Positions 27,780 to 40,348 of a DNA stretch of 64,000 nucleotides are shown one piece after another. Numbering within the stretch: the first letter of the stretch is position 1; each line of letters opens with the position of its first letter. This DNA comes from Tubiluchus corallicola. Lineage: Eukaryota; Animalia; Priapulida. The translations under genes and the position numbers were made by a program. The notes under the pieces were generated by a model. It did not search any database, was not told the origin of the DNA, and saw only the letters and a list, made by a program, of their open reading frames with translations. The stretch is taken from NCBI GenBank assembly GCA_030141605.1, contig JAQGDQ010000011.1, positions 1,445,319 to 1,509,318 of the forward strand, written 5' to 3'.

Positions 27780-28352
27780 TTCATGGGGATCATTTTGATA
27801 CCAAGTTTGTCACTGTATGTTATTTCTAAGCTGAGATATTCCACATTGAAGTTGAGGTGCAGGCTGCATACTGAAAAACATAATTTTGAGAAAATCACCG
27901 TTAAAGTTTGTCATTGTTTTATGCCGCATTTCTATAAAGCACTTAGTAACTGCAGGAACTGGTGGTTGCTATCGACGTTTGTAACAGCACATTGAAGCTA
28001 CACTTAAATCCTGTGGATGGCTCGTCCAAACGAATATCTGAGCTTGGCAGAAAAGAACGCAAGTAAAATGACTGCTTCCACAGGCTACTATTGGAGTTTT
28101 AAAAATACGAGTTTTTGAGAAATATAGTGCTAGTTTTTAGTAAGAGAAGTGGGTAAGGACTAAGGTGTTATAAAACCAAATTTTTAGTAATTTCTAAACA
28201 ATCTCTTGGCATTTTTATGCTAGAACGCAAGAGTTCAATATATTTAGAGTTTGTTTTTGTAAAATAAAAAACAAAAAAGAAAAGATATTTTATCCAATTT
28301 TTGCTGTATGCATTCTATTTTGTAGCATCACAGTTCATAATGCAGTTTTAAC
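27780..28352 (+). repeat. Interspersed TTAA-ended repeat, same family as 1-440
   Basis: Colinear similarity to window positions 1-440. Confidence 0.65.
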
Positions 28353-28764
28353 TGTGCCGACTGGACTATAACTGGATGGACTGGACTGGACTGTGCCGAC
28401 TGTAACTGGACGGTTTTGGTCTGCATACACAGAATTATTAGTGGATTTACGGCACAACGAAATAGTAATAGACATTTCTTGCATTAAATTTTTGGAAAGT
28501 TACTTAGTGCCTTTTTTGTCATAATTGATCTTTCATGTAGCACTTGGTACGCGCAAAGTGGTCGGTGCGTTGTTGTTGCAGACGAATTACGGGTTAATAC
28601 AGAACACACATAAGAAAACCAAACAAAATATTGACAAAGTTTATTCTTGTTTATTATACCATAGAATTACTCGCAATGCAACATATACAAAAGATCAAGA
28701 TTACCCACAATATTAAGATCCATATTTATACTGCGACGACTGATTACAACATTTTTGCGTCCAG

Positions 28765-31700
28765 ATGACTTATGTTGACCCAGTGGAACTGACTACAATT
28801 TTGGATAAAGAATTTACGTTCTTTCACACGTGTAGATGGATCGCTGACGCTTATGTTGTGGTAAACTTGTTTCAAACAAGTTGTTTGTGATTAAGGAAAT
28901 TGATTATTAGTATAATTGGCAGTTATTTATTTATAATTATACCTGATATTTCGACTGTAAGCGTAATTCATACTGAGTTGTGGTTATGTTGCTGTCTCTA
29001 AAGTGGCATAAATGCAACTTGCAGTTGCCGATGTATTTTTCTTTTTATGCTGCTATTCGTTTTGTGTTTTTTCTGCAGGCCCGCAGGGTGGAAACCACAT
29101 CCGTACATTACATAAACGCGCGTTACTTAAGCCCTGCCTTCATTTACTTTTATAGTCCTATGCTGTTCGATTTATGAAATTTTATATTATAATGGTTTAT
29201 GTATAATTATTCACTTGTTTTCAAATTGTTTTTGTATGTTTAATTATTGAATTTTTATTCTTTATTCAGGAGTTCTACGTGCAAGATTTTTGGCATAAGT
29301 TGCCATCTTGCTGGCAACGATCTTTGGAAAATGTTGAACCCTGGCAACTGGCAGAGTTGTTGTGTGATGGGAATCAGAAGTGGTAATGAATTAAATATGT
29401 CACAAAAACTGAGTGACGTCTCCACTGTGGGAGTGATGTTAGTCTACCCATTAACGAAAAATGCTACTCAGTGGTCACTATACTGATACAATATGTAATT
29501 TTGTAAAATCTATCCACGAAGTTTTTACCTAGGTATAAGATAATATAATATAAGATAATATTTATTTACACAATAGAATTACAAACAAATAATAAATAAA
29601 CTTATAAAAAATAAACACTTTTATTATAACCAACACAGTAACAGAGTTTTCAGTTCAAGATGATAATGTTAGAGCTGACTTCAACTGAGAAGCTCAGTTT
29701 GAGTAGAGTTAAAGTTGATGGAAGTAACTAATGTGGTAGAGGGAGGACTGATACAATCTAAGTGCTGTCACACTTTTACGCAAAACTCTTTATGGCCATT
29801 GCTAACAACTTTGCCTTGCTACTTTACATATTTTAGCATTTTTTTATTTCAGCTTTTTAATCACTTCATTCAAGTAAATAATTTGAAAATATTAAGTCTC
29901 TGGGATTGCCTAGAATCTTGCATCAATCAGATGATATATATGCATTTGGCATATTTAATGGTTTTGGCAGTAACACATACATCAAAAATTCAAAATCTTT
30001 TAAATTTTTTTATGCAGCTTTTTGAATATGAAATATTACTGCGTTCACGGTCAGTTTGGTCAAAAGCATCGATAATGTCATGAATATGGTAAGTGGTAAG
30101 ACAAACAGGAAATTCTGTTGATCTGCTTTAGGCCCATGATGTGGCTATTTAGTCACTGTGACTCATTATTCGACTAACCTGCTTAAACTATCTACATTTG
30201 TTATTACAGGTCGCGAGTATGGCCGCTGTCATTGTTAGCATACAGAGTAGCTGCTGCTGTTCTCTCTTTGCCCCGAATGCCTGACGAGAACACTTTTTTG
30301 TCCGATGACAGCGAGATGTCCAATTTCGATTCATTAGAAGATTTTCAGAAAGACAAGCATCAAAGAACTCTTTGCGCAAAGGCTGTGGCTGGCTTGCGCT
30401 ATCATCGCGTAAAGTCAAAAAAACTTCACGAGATCCACAGACTGGCTTATGTGAGTTTGTGACTGTCTGTTCAATTAATGAATCAGATAACAGCTAATTT
30501 TTAATTTTTCAGTTTTCATTTGTTTGTCTATGTTTCTGTATTTGTTTTCATTTGTTTGTCTATGATTCTGCATCTAATTAGTGTGCATCCAACAGTTCGT
30601 GGTTGATGAAGTCAAATCTGAGGTGAACAAAAACTGTTGATCAAATAAGAATAGTTGTGATTTCTGGGTGAATTTTAAAGGAAAGGCCAAATTTTCTGGA
30701 AAGTCAGGCTTATTTGAATACTTGCGAGAAATGTTAGAAGGATTTAGTAGTAAAAGTGTTATAAATGACTGATGTAATTAATAAAATCTCTTTAAAGTCA
30801 CAATCACTTCGTGCTTGGGCGCTCCCATTTTCAATGCCCATTCTTCTTTCTATGACGTCATTCATCCTGAAGAAAAGTAGCACACTGTCAATCTTTCATC
30901 AAAAGTATAATAAGTTTTTATAGAATAATTAGATGGTTATTTTGTAATGTTTTGCATGAACATTAGGTAAACTGCAGAAATTTGAATTAGTTTAAGTAAT
31001 ATGTACTTACGGAAAGCCACAATGCACTCACAAAAAGTCATGAAGTCTCCCAGTTACGTCATAATTTTCAAGTTAATGGCAGCAACCATCATGCCTGAAA
31101 ATTTCTATTCAGAGATAGTATATTTTAAATTTTTCTAGACAATTTTTTGCAAATTTCTCTTTTATATTTTAGTGATAACAATAATGTAAACCCAACATAC
31201 TGAGTGACTTCCTTTAAGGACATTATCACAAGATTCAGAAGAGTTTTTGTGAAGAATATAAATGCAGTCTTGATATTTTTCTGTCTATACTGAAAATTGC
31301 TTTCAATAATTTCTCTCAAAGGCACATTTTGAAGTCTATTTAATACTGTCACTTGTGGTACTACTGGAACATAGATGATTATCAAGGATAATCCTCGGAG
31401 GTGAATTGTAAAATGGCAGAAGATGCATCGGCCATCTTCCTGTGCGAGTAAATCCTCTCTCAATCACCGAAATAGTGAGAGGGTGAAGAACTCTGTTAGA
31501 AGCAATTTGCCAGCCATTCACCAAGGTATTTACTGACTAGGAGCAGTGTTTCTTAACTTTAATTGCAAATATTATGACCTTTTTTCTAGGCTCAGCAATT
31601 CCACTATAGTCATTATTGTAGGTTGTACATTCACTTGCTTCCAAAGTCGACTGTAGCAAGGTGATAGACGTCGGGTGCGGTCAAGGTCACCTCTCCAGAT

Positions 31701-34700
31701 TCCTCTCATTTGGTTTGGGTTTGAATGTGATTAGTATTGATGCAGATGATAACCATATGAGGGGAGCTCAAAGACTCGACAGGTAAGATATGAAGAAGGA
31801 GGCATAGGTGTATCTGACGAAATATCTTCTGTCATAATTTCATGTGCTTAAATTTCCATTTTATATTTGCAATAGGGTGTGCATCCTAACAAAGATTTTT
31901 ACATTCGAGTTTTGCTCCATCAACAAAATCTAGTCAGTTAAGCGTAAACAAACTCTGAAATTTATGGTATCAATACTTTTCCAAATTAGCTGGCAACTAA
32001 CGATATCATTAATTAATTATGAGCGTGATTGCCAGAATTTTTATTAACCATTGCAGTTTAGTTTTCCAATTATTACCATTTGGCGGGCAAACGAGACACT
32101 GAAAAATTGTAGACTAGTCGGGGTTTGAACCCGAGACCTGGGATACAACACCGCCATGTGTTGATACTCTAAGTATTCACCTACTGTAATGGGTCAGGTG
32201 GTGATGTTGGATTGTGAACTACAAGGAGGAAGTCTTAGGCCTACTCTGTTATGCTTGGTAACTTGGGTAGTACAGCATGGGAGTACTAATCCCAGATCTC
32301 AGTTCAAATCCTGACTAGTCCACAATTTGTCAGTGTTTCCTTTCTCCAATGCATTACTGCACAACAATGATTAATAATTGGTAAAATAAACTGTAATGGT
32401 CAATAATTGGTAAAATAAACCGCAATGGTTAATAAAAATTCTGGCAATCACATTCATTATTAATTGATGAAGCATAAACAAACTCTAAAATTTTTTAACA
32501 CTTTTGCCCCTGTTGAGACATGTTAGTGAACACTTGTCACATCCATGTGTTCAACATCAACAGTATTGAAAACAACGAGACCTAGTTTCAGATCACTATT
32601 ACATGCCCATTCTAAATGTCTGCTTTGTTCAGTGACTCCCGAGAGGAAGGCTATCTTCTTGGGCATCACAGAGGGGCTTGATGAAAAACACATAGTCCTT
32701 TATTGCTATTGAAGTTTTTGATTGCTGTTTTGCAGCCGCGCCAAAAGATCCTGCAGGTATAATGAGAAAGAATCCATGAATAAACCCAAAGAACCTAAGT
32801 ATATTACACATCGCATCTGCTCTGATACTTCACCAGATCATTTCCGAGAACTGACTTTGATGGAGGTTTGTTTGTTTGTTTGTTTTTATTTTTGGCGATA
32901 CATTAATTTTTGCTTCCTAGAGCTAGACAATTAGAAATACTATGAATGAAGAGTGGTGCAAATGGATTTTTTATACTGTGTGTTTATCTGAAGTGTTAGT
33001 GGAGGCTTCAGTTTATGTTTATACAGTTTTATAGTTTTCAAGCTTGATGATCAACCTGATTTGCAGTATGACAGAGATGGTGATGTTGCACCAACCACCA
33101 GCTTAGTTTAGTATGTTAGATAATGGCAGACTAGCAAGTTTTTCTCACTAATTATAACTTGCCAGGTAACTCGCAAGCAGACTAGAGAGTATAACTTGCT
33201 GCGAGTTATTCTCTGACAGTAAACTCACACTTTCTTCTCTATTCACTGTGAGAAGTATCGAGAGCTCACTCTAGACAATAACTCGAGCAATTGTCAGAGA
33301 GTTCGCAGTTTCTTGCCAATAATAATTCAAAAGGCAGTTCACACTTGTGAATTTACCATCAGAGAAAAGCTCGGAATAAAAAACTCGCTAGTCTGAACAA
33401 GTCGTTTTATTCACTCCATACAATACCTAGGTAACGAATAAAATATCTAGCAAAAGTTCAATTCTGCAGAAATTATGTTCATTTTACCTTACCTTTGTTT
33501 CCCTTTATCAAACTCAATTTACGCATTTTATATAAATCCTAGCTATTGTACAAAATATTTAGCTAAAGCATGATAGAGTTGCAGCAAAAAGGTTTATTTC
33601 ACACTTTTCTCGAAATGCATAGATGTTATATGAAATGCCTAGGAATTTGATATATTATCTGAATTTGATACATTGCCTGTAACATATGTATTATACTAAA
33701 AAGTATCAAAATTGAAAACTAAGCATTTCTATGTGCTATTAAACTTTTCTCGTTTATACGAAAGAACTACATAGTGAACTACAATAACAGCATAAGAAAG
33801 TTTAGCAGCATACAAAAATTACTTTGTTTTTTCTTTTTGCCTTAATTTTTTTGATATTTTGATTTTGACACCTAAGAATGCTAACATTTCTGGGGCATTG
33901 ATTTTCCTCCTGGACTCTTACCAGGGCTGAGATGATCCCCGGGCTTTCTACATTTCGTAGTCATTTTTCCGTCAAATAGTCGGCAGGTCAGGAAATGTAT
34001 TGACAGTGATGACCTTATTCTTTAACAGGATGAATGCGTGACTCTTGTGGGCTTGCATACATGCGGCGATCTCGGACCTACAATGATCAGACTGTTTGCT
34101 GAGATTCCAAACATTCGGGTCTTGGTTTCAATTGGTTGCTGTTACATGAAGGGACAAGAGAAACGGTAATTTTTGTTTTTTAATTTAAATGAAATTAGTA
34201 GAGTCTATACTTTTAGGTCCTTATTGATGATGTGAGCTCTACATTACTGTACATTACATTGCATTAGTTTACATTACAAATTCTAGTAAAAATGATTTGC
34301 TTTCTAGATGCCTTCAAAATGAAATCAAATGAACAGAAATTGTACAAAACTGGTTGCCAATAAAATTCCTTTTTGAAGAAGTTATACTTATTTGCCAAAT
34401 ATGGATAACTGTACATGAAATGTCTGTTTTTATTTTTACATACTTTTACCTTGGTTTATTAGTACGGACCACATACTTGAAGTCTATTTCAGGTCTGCAA
34501 GTGGAGTTAGTGAGTCTCTTGGGTTCAGCTACCCAATGAGCAATTTTCTGAAAAATAAACCCGGTCATCAGATGAGCTATGACTGTCTGGAGCTAGCCTG
34601 TCATGCCAAAGAGCAGTACATAAGAAAGCTAACAGGTAAAGGTGGATTCTGCCTTGTGCTTTGCTGCCGAATCAGTGGTAGCATTTTTAATCTTTAGTTT

Positions 34701-37700
34701 GAGTCAACCTGAAATTGAACACACAACCACCCGAGTGCAAAACCAAACCATTACCTCTGAACTAAACCATCTCGTAAAATGATGCAATAATGATCAGTTA
34801 CTTTCTGTTTAAGGGTAAGTTTAGTTTGCTTGCATCCTCTCATATGTATATATATATATATAGCTTGAGAGTGTTGATGTTTAAGCATTATTTTAATTTT
34901 TGTTTCTGATGCGTTATTTTTTATGTAGTTGCAAAGGCTTGATCACACTGAAAATTGGTTGTGTTAGATGCAAGTAATACCTCAAGTAAACAGCGAATAC
35001 GTCAAAGGAAGTTATGATGTCAAATTGAAGTCACAGAGCTTTCCTATGTAGTTAATAGTTTTAATACAATGTCTATACAGGTGGCTTCAAGTTGTCAAAA
35101 GCGTCCAACAGCATATTTACATATATAAGTACATTTTTGTGAATATACAGGGTGGACCCAAAATAGTAAGCCCTTTAAAATGCAATAGTGACTAGAATTT
35201 TTATTCAATTTGTATACAAACTTAACAGGATAAACTATAAACATGTTAGCACTTTACCAAGATATATTCTTTAAGGCAGACAACATGACTTTTCATGTAC
35301 TACCCCATTTTCAAGTCCTATAAAAAGTTTCAACACAATTAATACGGCAAAAGCATTTCTGGTAATTAAATAATAGATTAAAAAACTTAATTAAAGGCAG
35401 GCGAACCAAACTATTGATGACATCACAAACTAACGTAATTTTCAACAGCAAAAATATTCCACGAGCGTGTTTCACATGTTTGTGAAAACGAAAATTAAAG
35501 TACATTACTACTGTAAGATATTTGGTGTGTTGTACAAAAACTAGGCAAGTTTCAAGATAAAAATTCGAATTTCAAATTTACCGCTGTGCTCACGCATGAG
35601 CTGTCAAACGTGTGCAGTTTGTCGCAAACAAATATATATCTGAACTGAGATGTACAGCGCTTGTTTTTTGTGCAGTGCATTTCCGAATGTAGGCGCTAGT
35701 GCCCGTCTACCTGGCGAATGGCAAAATGCATGTAACAGTGAAGAACTAGTGGCGAAATTGCGTTTGTGTGATAATAGTTCTTTCACGTAAGCCTTTTTTG
35801 ATAAAATAGTATGCTTTCTTTCAACAGTTTAAAGACTAGATTATTTTGACGTACAGTTTAAGATTGGGTCCAGTTTTGCTTTAAGTTCTACTTTCAAGAC
35901 ATTCATATTCATATTAATTATTTTAATCACACGTGAAACATTCAAGCCTTTTTCCAATTTTTAAGCCCAATTTGAGATGCAATTTTTGCATTTAGGTAAT
36001 TGTCAATTAATTTATCAAACTGTAAATGCTGTCTGCTTGGTCACATTCAATGAAACCAGCTAGCTAACAGAGTGTTAGGCAGACGTAGTTTATTTGCCAA
36101 ATAGCATATTAAACCGTATCACTCTTTTCGAAATTTAATTTGCTGAAAAGTGAAGAACTTTAGCATTTGACTTGAGTATGATTCATTCAGTGGTAAAAAT
36201 TATTTAAAAAATGTAAATGTGATCAAAAATATTTATGAGTCTTAGACACACCTGAAGTTATGCTTAGGTGCCACAGTAGAAAAAGAACATGTAAACACAA
36301 GTTTACAGAATTCCACAGTTAAGAAGCCTGGGGGGAAAAGGGGGTTTACAAGTAAATGTTCTACATCTAGAAATATCCAAGGTGAAACTCAGCTCCAGGT
36401 AAAAAAAACTTGCTGATGATATATTTACTATGATTTTATTAAATTGGTTCTGTATCTTCAGCCAAATAGAGTAGGCAAATCATCATTTTGTCTGCATTTA
36501 TATAGGAAATTCATCAAAGTTAAAACTCCACTGCTACCGGGCTGCACTGGAGTGGCTGCTTAAAAACTGCGGAAATCTGAGTCAAGATGCCCGTATTTCT
36601 ACCAGAACAATCAAACGTATAGAAGATGCATCTTTTACAAAGTACGTTGCATGCATTCCTGTTTGTGACATTGCAAATAGTAAGTTTCAACTAGTTTTAG
36701 TAACTTTTGATATTAACTTACTTGTTAGTGTCAGAGGAACTCAACCAATATCGGTTCATTTCTGGATGTTGTTGTTGTTCTTGTTGTTGAGGTGATGACT
36801 TTTTGAAAAAAGCCCAAGGCTTTGTCAATTCGCAATGGATTGCCATGAAACTACGCGCGAATATACTAGAGCAAATTCCACATCCACTGATAGAGTCGAA
36901 TTTTTGTTCCGCCATTTTAAATTCAAGATGGCAGCTATTGTTGAAAAAAGACTAAGGCTCTGCCAATTCGCGAGGGATTGTCTTGAAACTTACCTAGAAT
37001 ATTGCAGAAGGTATTCCGCATCACCGGCAGAGCCACATTTTTGATTTGCCACTTTGAATTCAGGATCACAACACTAATATCATTCTAGAGAAAAGTAGAT
37101 GTTCCATCAGTTCACAACAGTCATGAATTTGTATTTGAATCTGAAAACTTCAACTTGTTTTAGGTCCAAGATATTTTAATCATCTTATTAGTAGTGATAA
37201 CAACATTATTTGGGTTATTTGCGTTTAGCACTGATGAACGTTTAAATAAATAAATTGATTTGTAAAGTGAAACATGCTTGTGACTTGAAAAGTAAGATAT
37301 TCCAGCATATTTGTGTTGACTTTGCAGTGAGCTGCCACAAGTTTCTCACCTTCCTAGTTCCAGATTTACCAGTTGCGTGTCAGTCAGCACCCTTTCCACA
37401 TGCACATGTATGAATCTTATTTTTGAGAATTTAAGAGCCCCTTACCTTCAATGCTACAAGGTGTTTTATTACTGTGATTATTACAAATATGTAAGAGATT
37501 CAGGTTCACAGTTCTAGTTTTCTGTGTTTCAGGTATGCAGCAGTGGCACTACAGCGACTTGGTTTTGAAGGCTGTATTTCTGAAGAAGAGCTACAGGCTG
37601 GGGAGAAATTCTGTGAACAAGAATGGAGAAAAGTGATGACATTTCACGTTCTCAGACTCATGCTGGCGCCTGTCATAGAGAGTATCGTACTAGTCGATCG

Positions 37701-40197
37701 GATGCTCTGGTTACGGGAAAGAGGTAAATGGAGACAACATTCTTAGCTGTATAGTATAGCCAAGTGCAGATGTTAGATAACACAAACTGGCTTTTAAAGA
37801 AGTGATTTTAAATGTTGGGTTTATTTTATTACTATCACTTAAAAGAAAAATGTAGCCAAGGAATTTGCAAAAAACAACTGTCTATAAAGCATAAAGTGAA
37901 TTTATACTACTGCTGTATAGAAATTTTCAGGCACTGTGGCAGCCTCCATTCACTAGAAAATTATTATGATGTAACTGGTGAGCTTGGAATTATCTAATTT
38001 TTGGCGACTTTTCGTAAATGTGTCGTGGCTTTCAGTAAGCGAGTGCTGCTTAAACGAATTTAAACTTCTGCAGCTTACCTAACGTGCATGCAGAAATATC
38101 ACAAAATTATCTAATTTTCTGTCAAAACTTATCATACTTTTGATGGAAATTGACAGTACACTGCTTTTCTTCATTGGTGGAAAAATGGGCTTTCAAAATG
38201 GAAGTGCCCAAGCGTGAAATGATCACATCATTAGAGGATTTTACTAATTACACATGGTGCTTATCACATTTTTATTACAAATTCCTTACATTTTCTCAAA
38301 CAATGAAATAAGCTTAACTTCCCTTTAACAAAACTTCTGGTTCTACAATGACTTGTGAAGTTCAAGTTCTACATTCATACAATGACTACAAGTTCTAGGA
38401 AAGCTTATAATATTACCTGTGTAATCACTACAGCTACTATGAACAAGTCCCACCAATATATTTTCATCAAAAAGCACGTAAGCAGAAATAATGTTTGTTT
38501 TTTGTAAAATAAATTTCAAAAACAAATGTGCTGCATTCCCAGTTAGTCAATCAATGTGGATGTAAATTTTGTGTTATCAGCACCAGCGAAGCCACATACT
38601 ACATTGTATAGAGAGAACCTGTATTGATTTATTGACAGTTGATAATGCACTTTGTGACATTATCACCATTCCTTTTAGCAATTCACTTACCATTAACATA
38701 ATATAATGTAAGCAGTCGAATTGAAGAACTGGAATTCAAACTAGCTAATTTTTTAAATGACCTTGTATGCCACTTTTTGTGAAGAAGATAGTTAGTTAGT
38801 TTACAGACACACACACAACAGGAAGCGATTAGAACATATTGACCTCTCTGCACACGCCTTGTCCAGTGTGTCTGCTGTGATGAATGGCCCTAGTCATTAA
38901 CCCTTTAACTATGAAAAGTGGCACAGTGCCGCCTATGTTTTTTTTGTGAGGGACAGAAGGCGGTAGACTGGCACCCAAGCCCAGCACTAAGCGCAGTCAC
39001 TCGGGTCTGTTTGTTTTGCTACTACGGCCATGCAAAAATATTGTAGGAAAGTTTGACAGCCGTGGGATTGGGGTTGCTTTGCAACAAATAACGTTAGCCA
39101 GCCAATCAGCATCTGAAGCTAGGTGCATTCCAGGATACTGCGTGGTATGATACATTCTCACACAAAATCACTTGTTGATGGTTAGTGGCCTGTTTGTATA
39201 AAATGTTTGCACAATATTGATTAGTATTATGACTTCTGTGAAAATTGGTTTCTAAATATAAGTATGTTGTTATCTGTTAAGGTTTGCACGTGTGTGGGCG
39301 CTTGAGCGCACGCATGTGTGCATCAGTACAAATTAAACTAATATCCAATATTGGTGTTTATTAACAGATGACTATTTGTTTATTTACAAGATTCTGTTTA
39401 AGTAATACACAACAAAAAGTTATTGTCAAATATGCAAAATGCAATACGGCCTAGTTAACAAGCAACTACGTACTGAAAGGTTAATGATATCAATAACTAA
39501 CCAAAGAGGTTTAAAAGAATCTTCACGTCAAATGAAAGTTACATAACATTGAGGCTGAGGAGTAACTCGATGCGCAACCACTTGGTTGGATTTCCTCTCT
39601 GCCATTCAGAAACATTATGATTCTGAATGTGAACCCCACTGAGGGAGGCTGTATTCATATATGAATGTGACTGAGACGACTTTATCAGTTCTGTGTCTCA
39701 TCTTAGAGGGTTAGCCTTGATAATGAATCAGGTCCAGTCCTGCTTCAACTACTCATTACAATATTAAAACCTGCATATAAATAGTTAACCTTCAGACATA
39801 CACACACAGCAGGAAGCTATTAATACATGTCAATCTCTCCTCTGGTACACATGGCTTATATAGTGTGCAGTGAGACGAATAACCCCAACCACAATATTAC
39901 AATAATGTCCCAGTGAGGTGTAACAGTGGCTCCAAATGTCTGGTTTCATCGAAAGCCACACACAATGGTAACGTTTGTGAAGCGCACATTGTACCGCATG
40001 ACCCACAAAGTGTGTTACATGCAGGACCAAGCAGTATGTACACGTTTTTTACTTTTTTGAGCAATCTGTTGTGATGGATGAAATGAATTTTTTTTTGTTT
40101 TCTAGGCTTTAGTTGCAAAATAAGGCCGCTGTTTGATCCACTTGTTTCTCCGAGAAACTTGGTGCTGATAGCTAGGAAATCTCAAGATGGACAATGA
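28765..40197 (+). CDS. METTL25B: Methyltransferase-like 25B / RRNAD1, 10 coding exons, ~479 aa
   Basis: Exons (+): 28765-28860, 29270-29382, 30210-30450, 31622-31782, 32736-32865, 34029-34165, 34493-34635, 36506-36641, 37533-37723, 40106-40197; in phase, 1440 nt. Motifs: DAYVVEFY..WHKLPSCW, VWPLSLLA, KKLHEIHRL, VIDVGCGQGHLSRFL, VGLHTCGDLG, GCCYMK, ACHAKEQY, HCYRAALE, LAPVIESIVLVDR, LFDPLVSPRNLVLIA. Confidence 0.94.
30674..31218 (+). mobile_element. Kolobok-like (TTAAAG...CTTTAA) MITE; inverted copy at ~37792-38328
   Basis: The reverse complement of 37792-38328 aligns colinearly over ~550 bp; termini ttaaagg...cctttaa. Confidence 0.7.
32006..32470. mobile_element. Fold-back element with ~170-215 bp inverted arms, each carrying a tRNA-like (B-box) segment
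   Basis: gtgattgccagaatttttattaaccattgc is mirrored by gcaatggttaataaaaattctggcaatcac; ggttcaaacccc (-) and agttcaaatcct (+); ~75-bp spacer. Confidence 0.85.
33125..33405. mobile_element. Harbinger-like MITE, related copy at ~45652-45916
   Basis: Shared blocks gtaactcgcaag, cttctctattcactg, gcagttcacact.g.ga.tttac and aaactc.ct.gtctgaa; internally palindromic. Confidence 0.6.
35271..35884 (+). mobile_element. TTAA-ended (Kolobok-like) element, same family as 11081-11629
   Basis: Colinear similarity and a near-identical right end. Confidence 0.7.
36722..37150 (+). mobile_element. Helentron/HINE-like element: (TTG)n microsatellite plus two ~135-bp internal tandem core repeats
   Basis: A ttgttgttg tract is followed by ttgaaaaaag..c.aaggct.tg.caattcgc..ggattg.c.tgaaact... 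twice (from 36803 and 36941). Confidence 0.55.
37792..38328 (-). mobile_element. Kolobok-like MITE, inverted relative to 30674-31218
   Basis: Reverse-complement similarity to 30674-31218. Confidence 0.7.
38901..39480. mobile_element. piggyBac-like MITE
   Basis: ttaa-ccctttaacta ... gtactgaaagg-ttaa: TTAA TSD with CC(C)TTT termini. Confidence 0.6.
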
Positions 40198-40348
40198 CGA
40201 TGAACACAAACAAATGCTTTGATTTTGATATGCCAAATTTTGTGAAATGAGTCCGAGTCATACAGATTACAGACTTGTGTGACATGTAAGTGATCAAGTT
40301 ATGGGTATGGAATGGGCATGCAATTTCAAAACAAGATTCCCTCTCGAA

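Noticed and set aside
37228-37285. Hammerhead ribozyme (ctgatga...gaaac)
   Set aside because: Stem II is poorly paired, and there is no valid stem III or NUH cleavage triplet.
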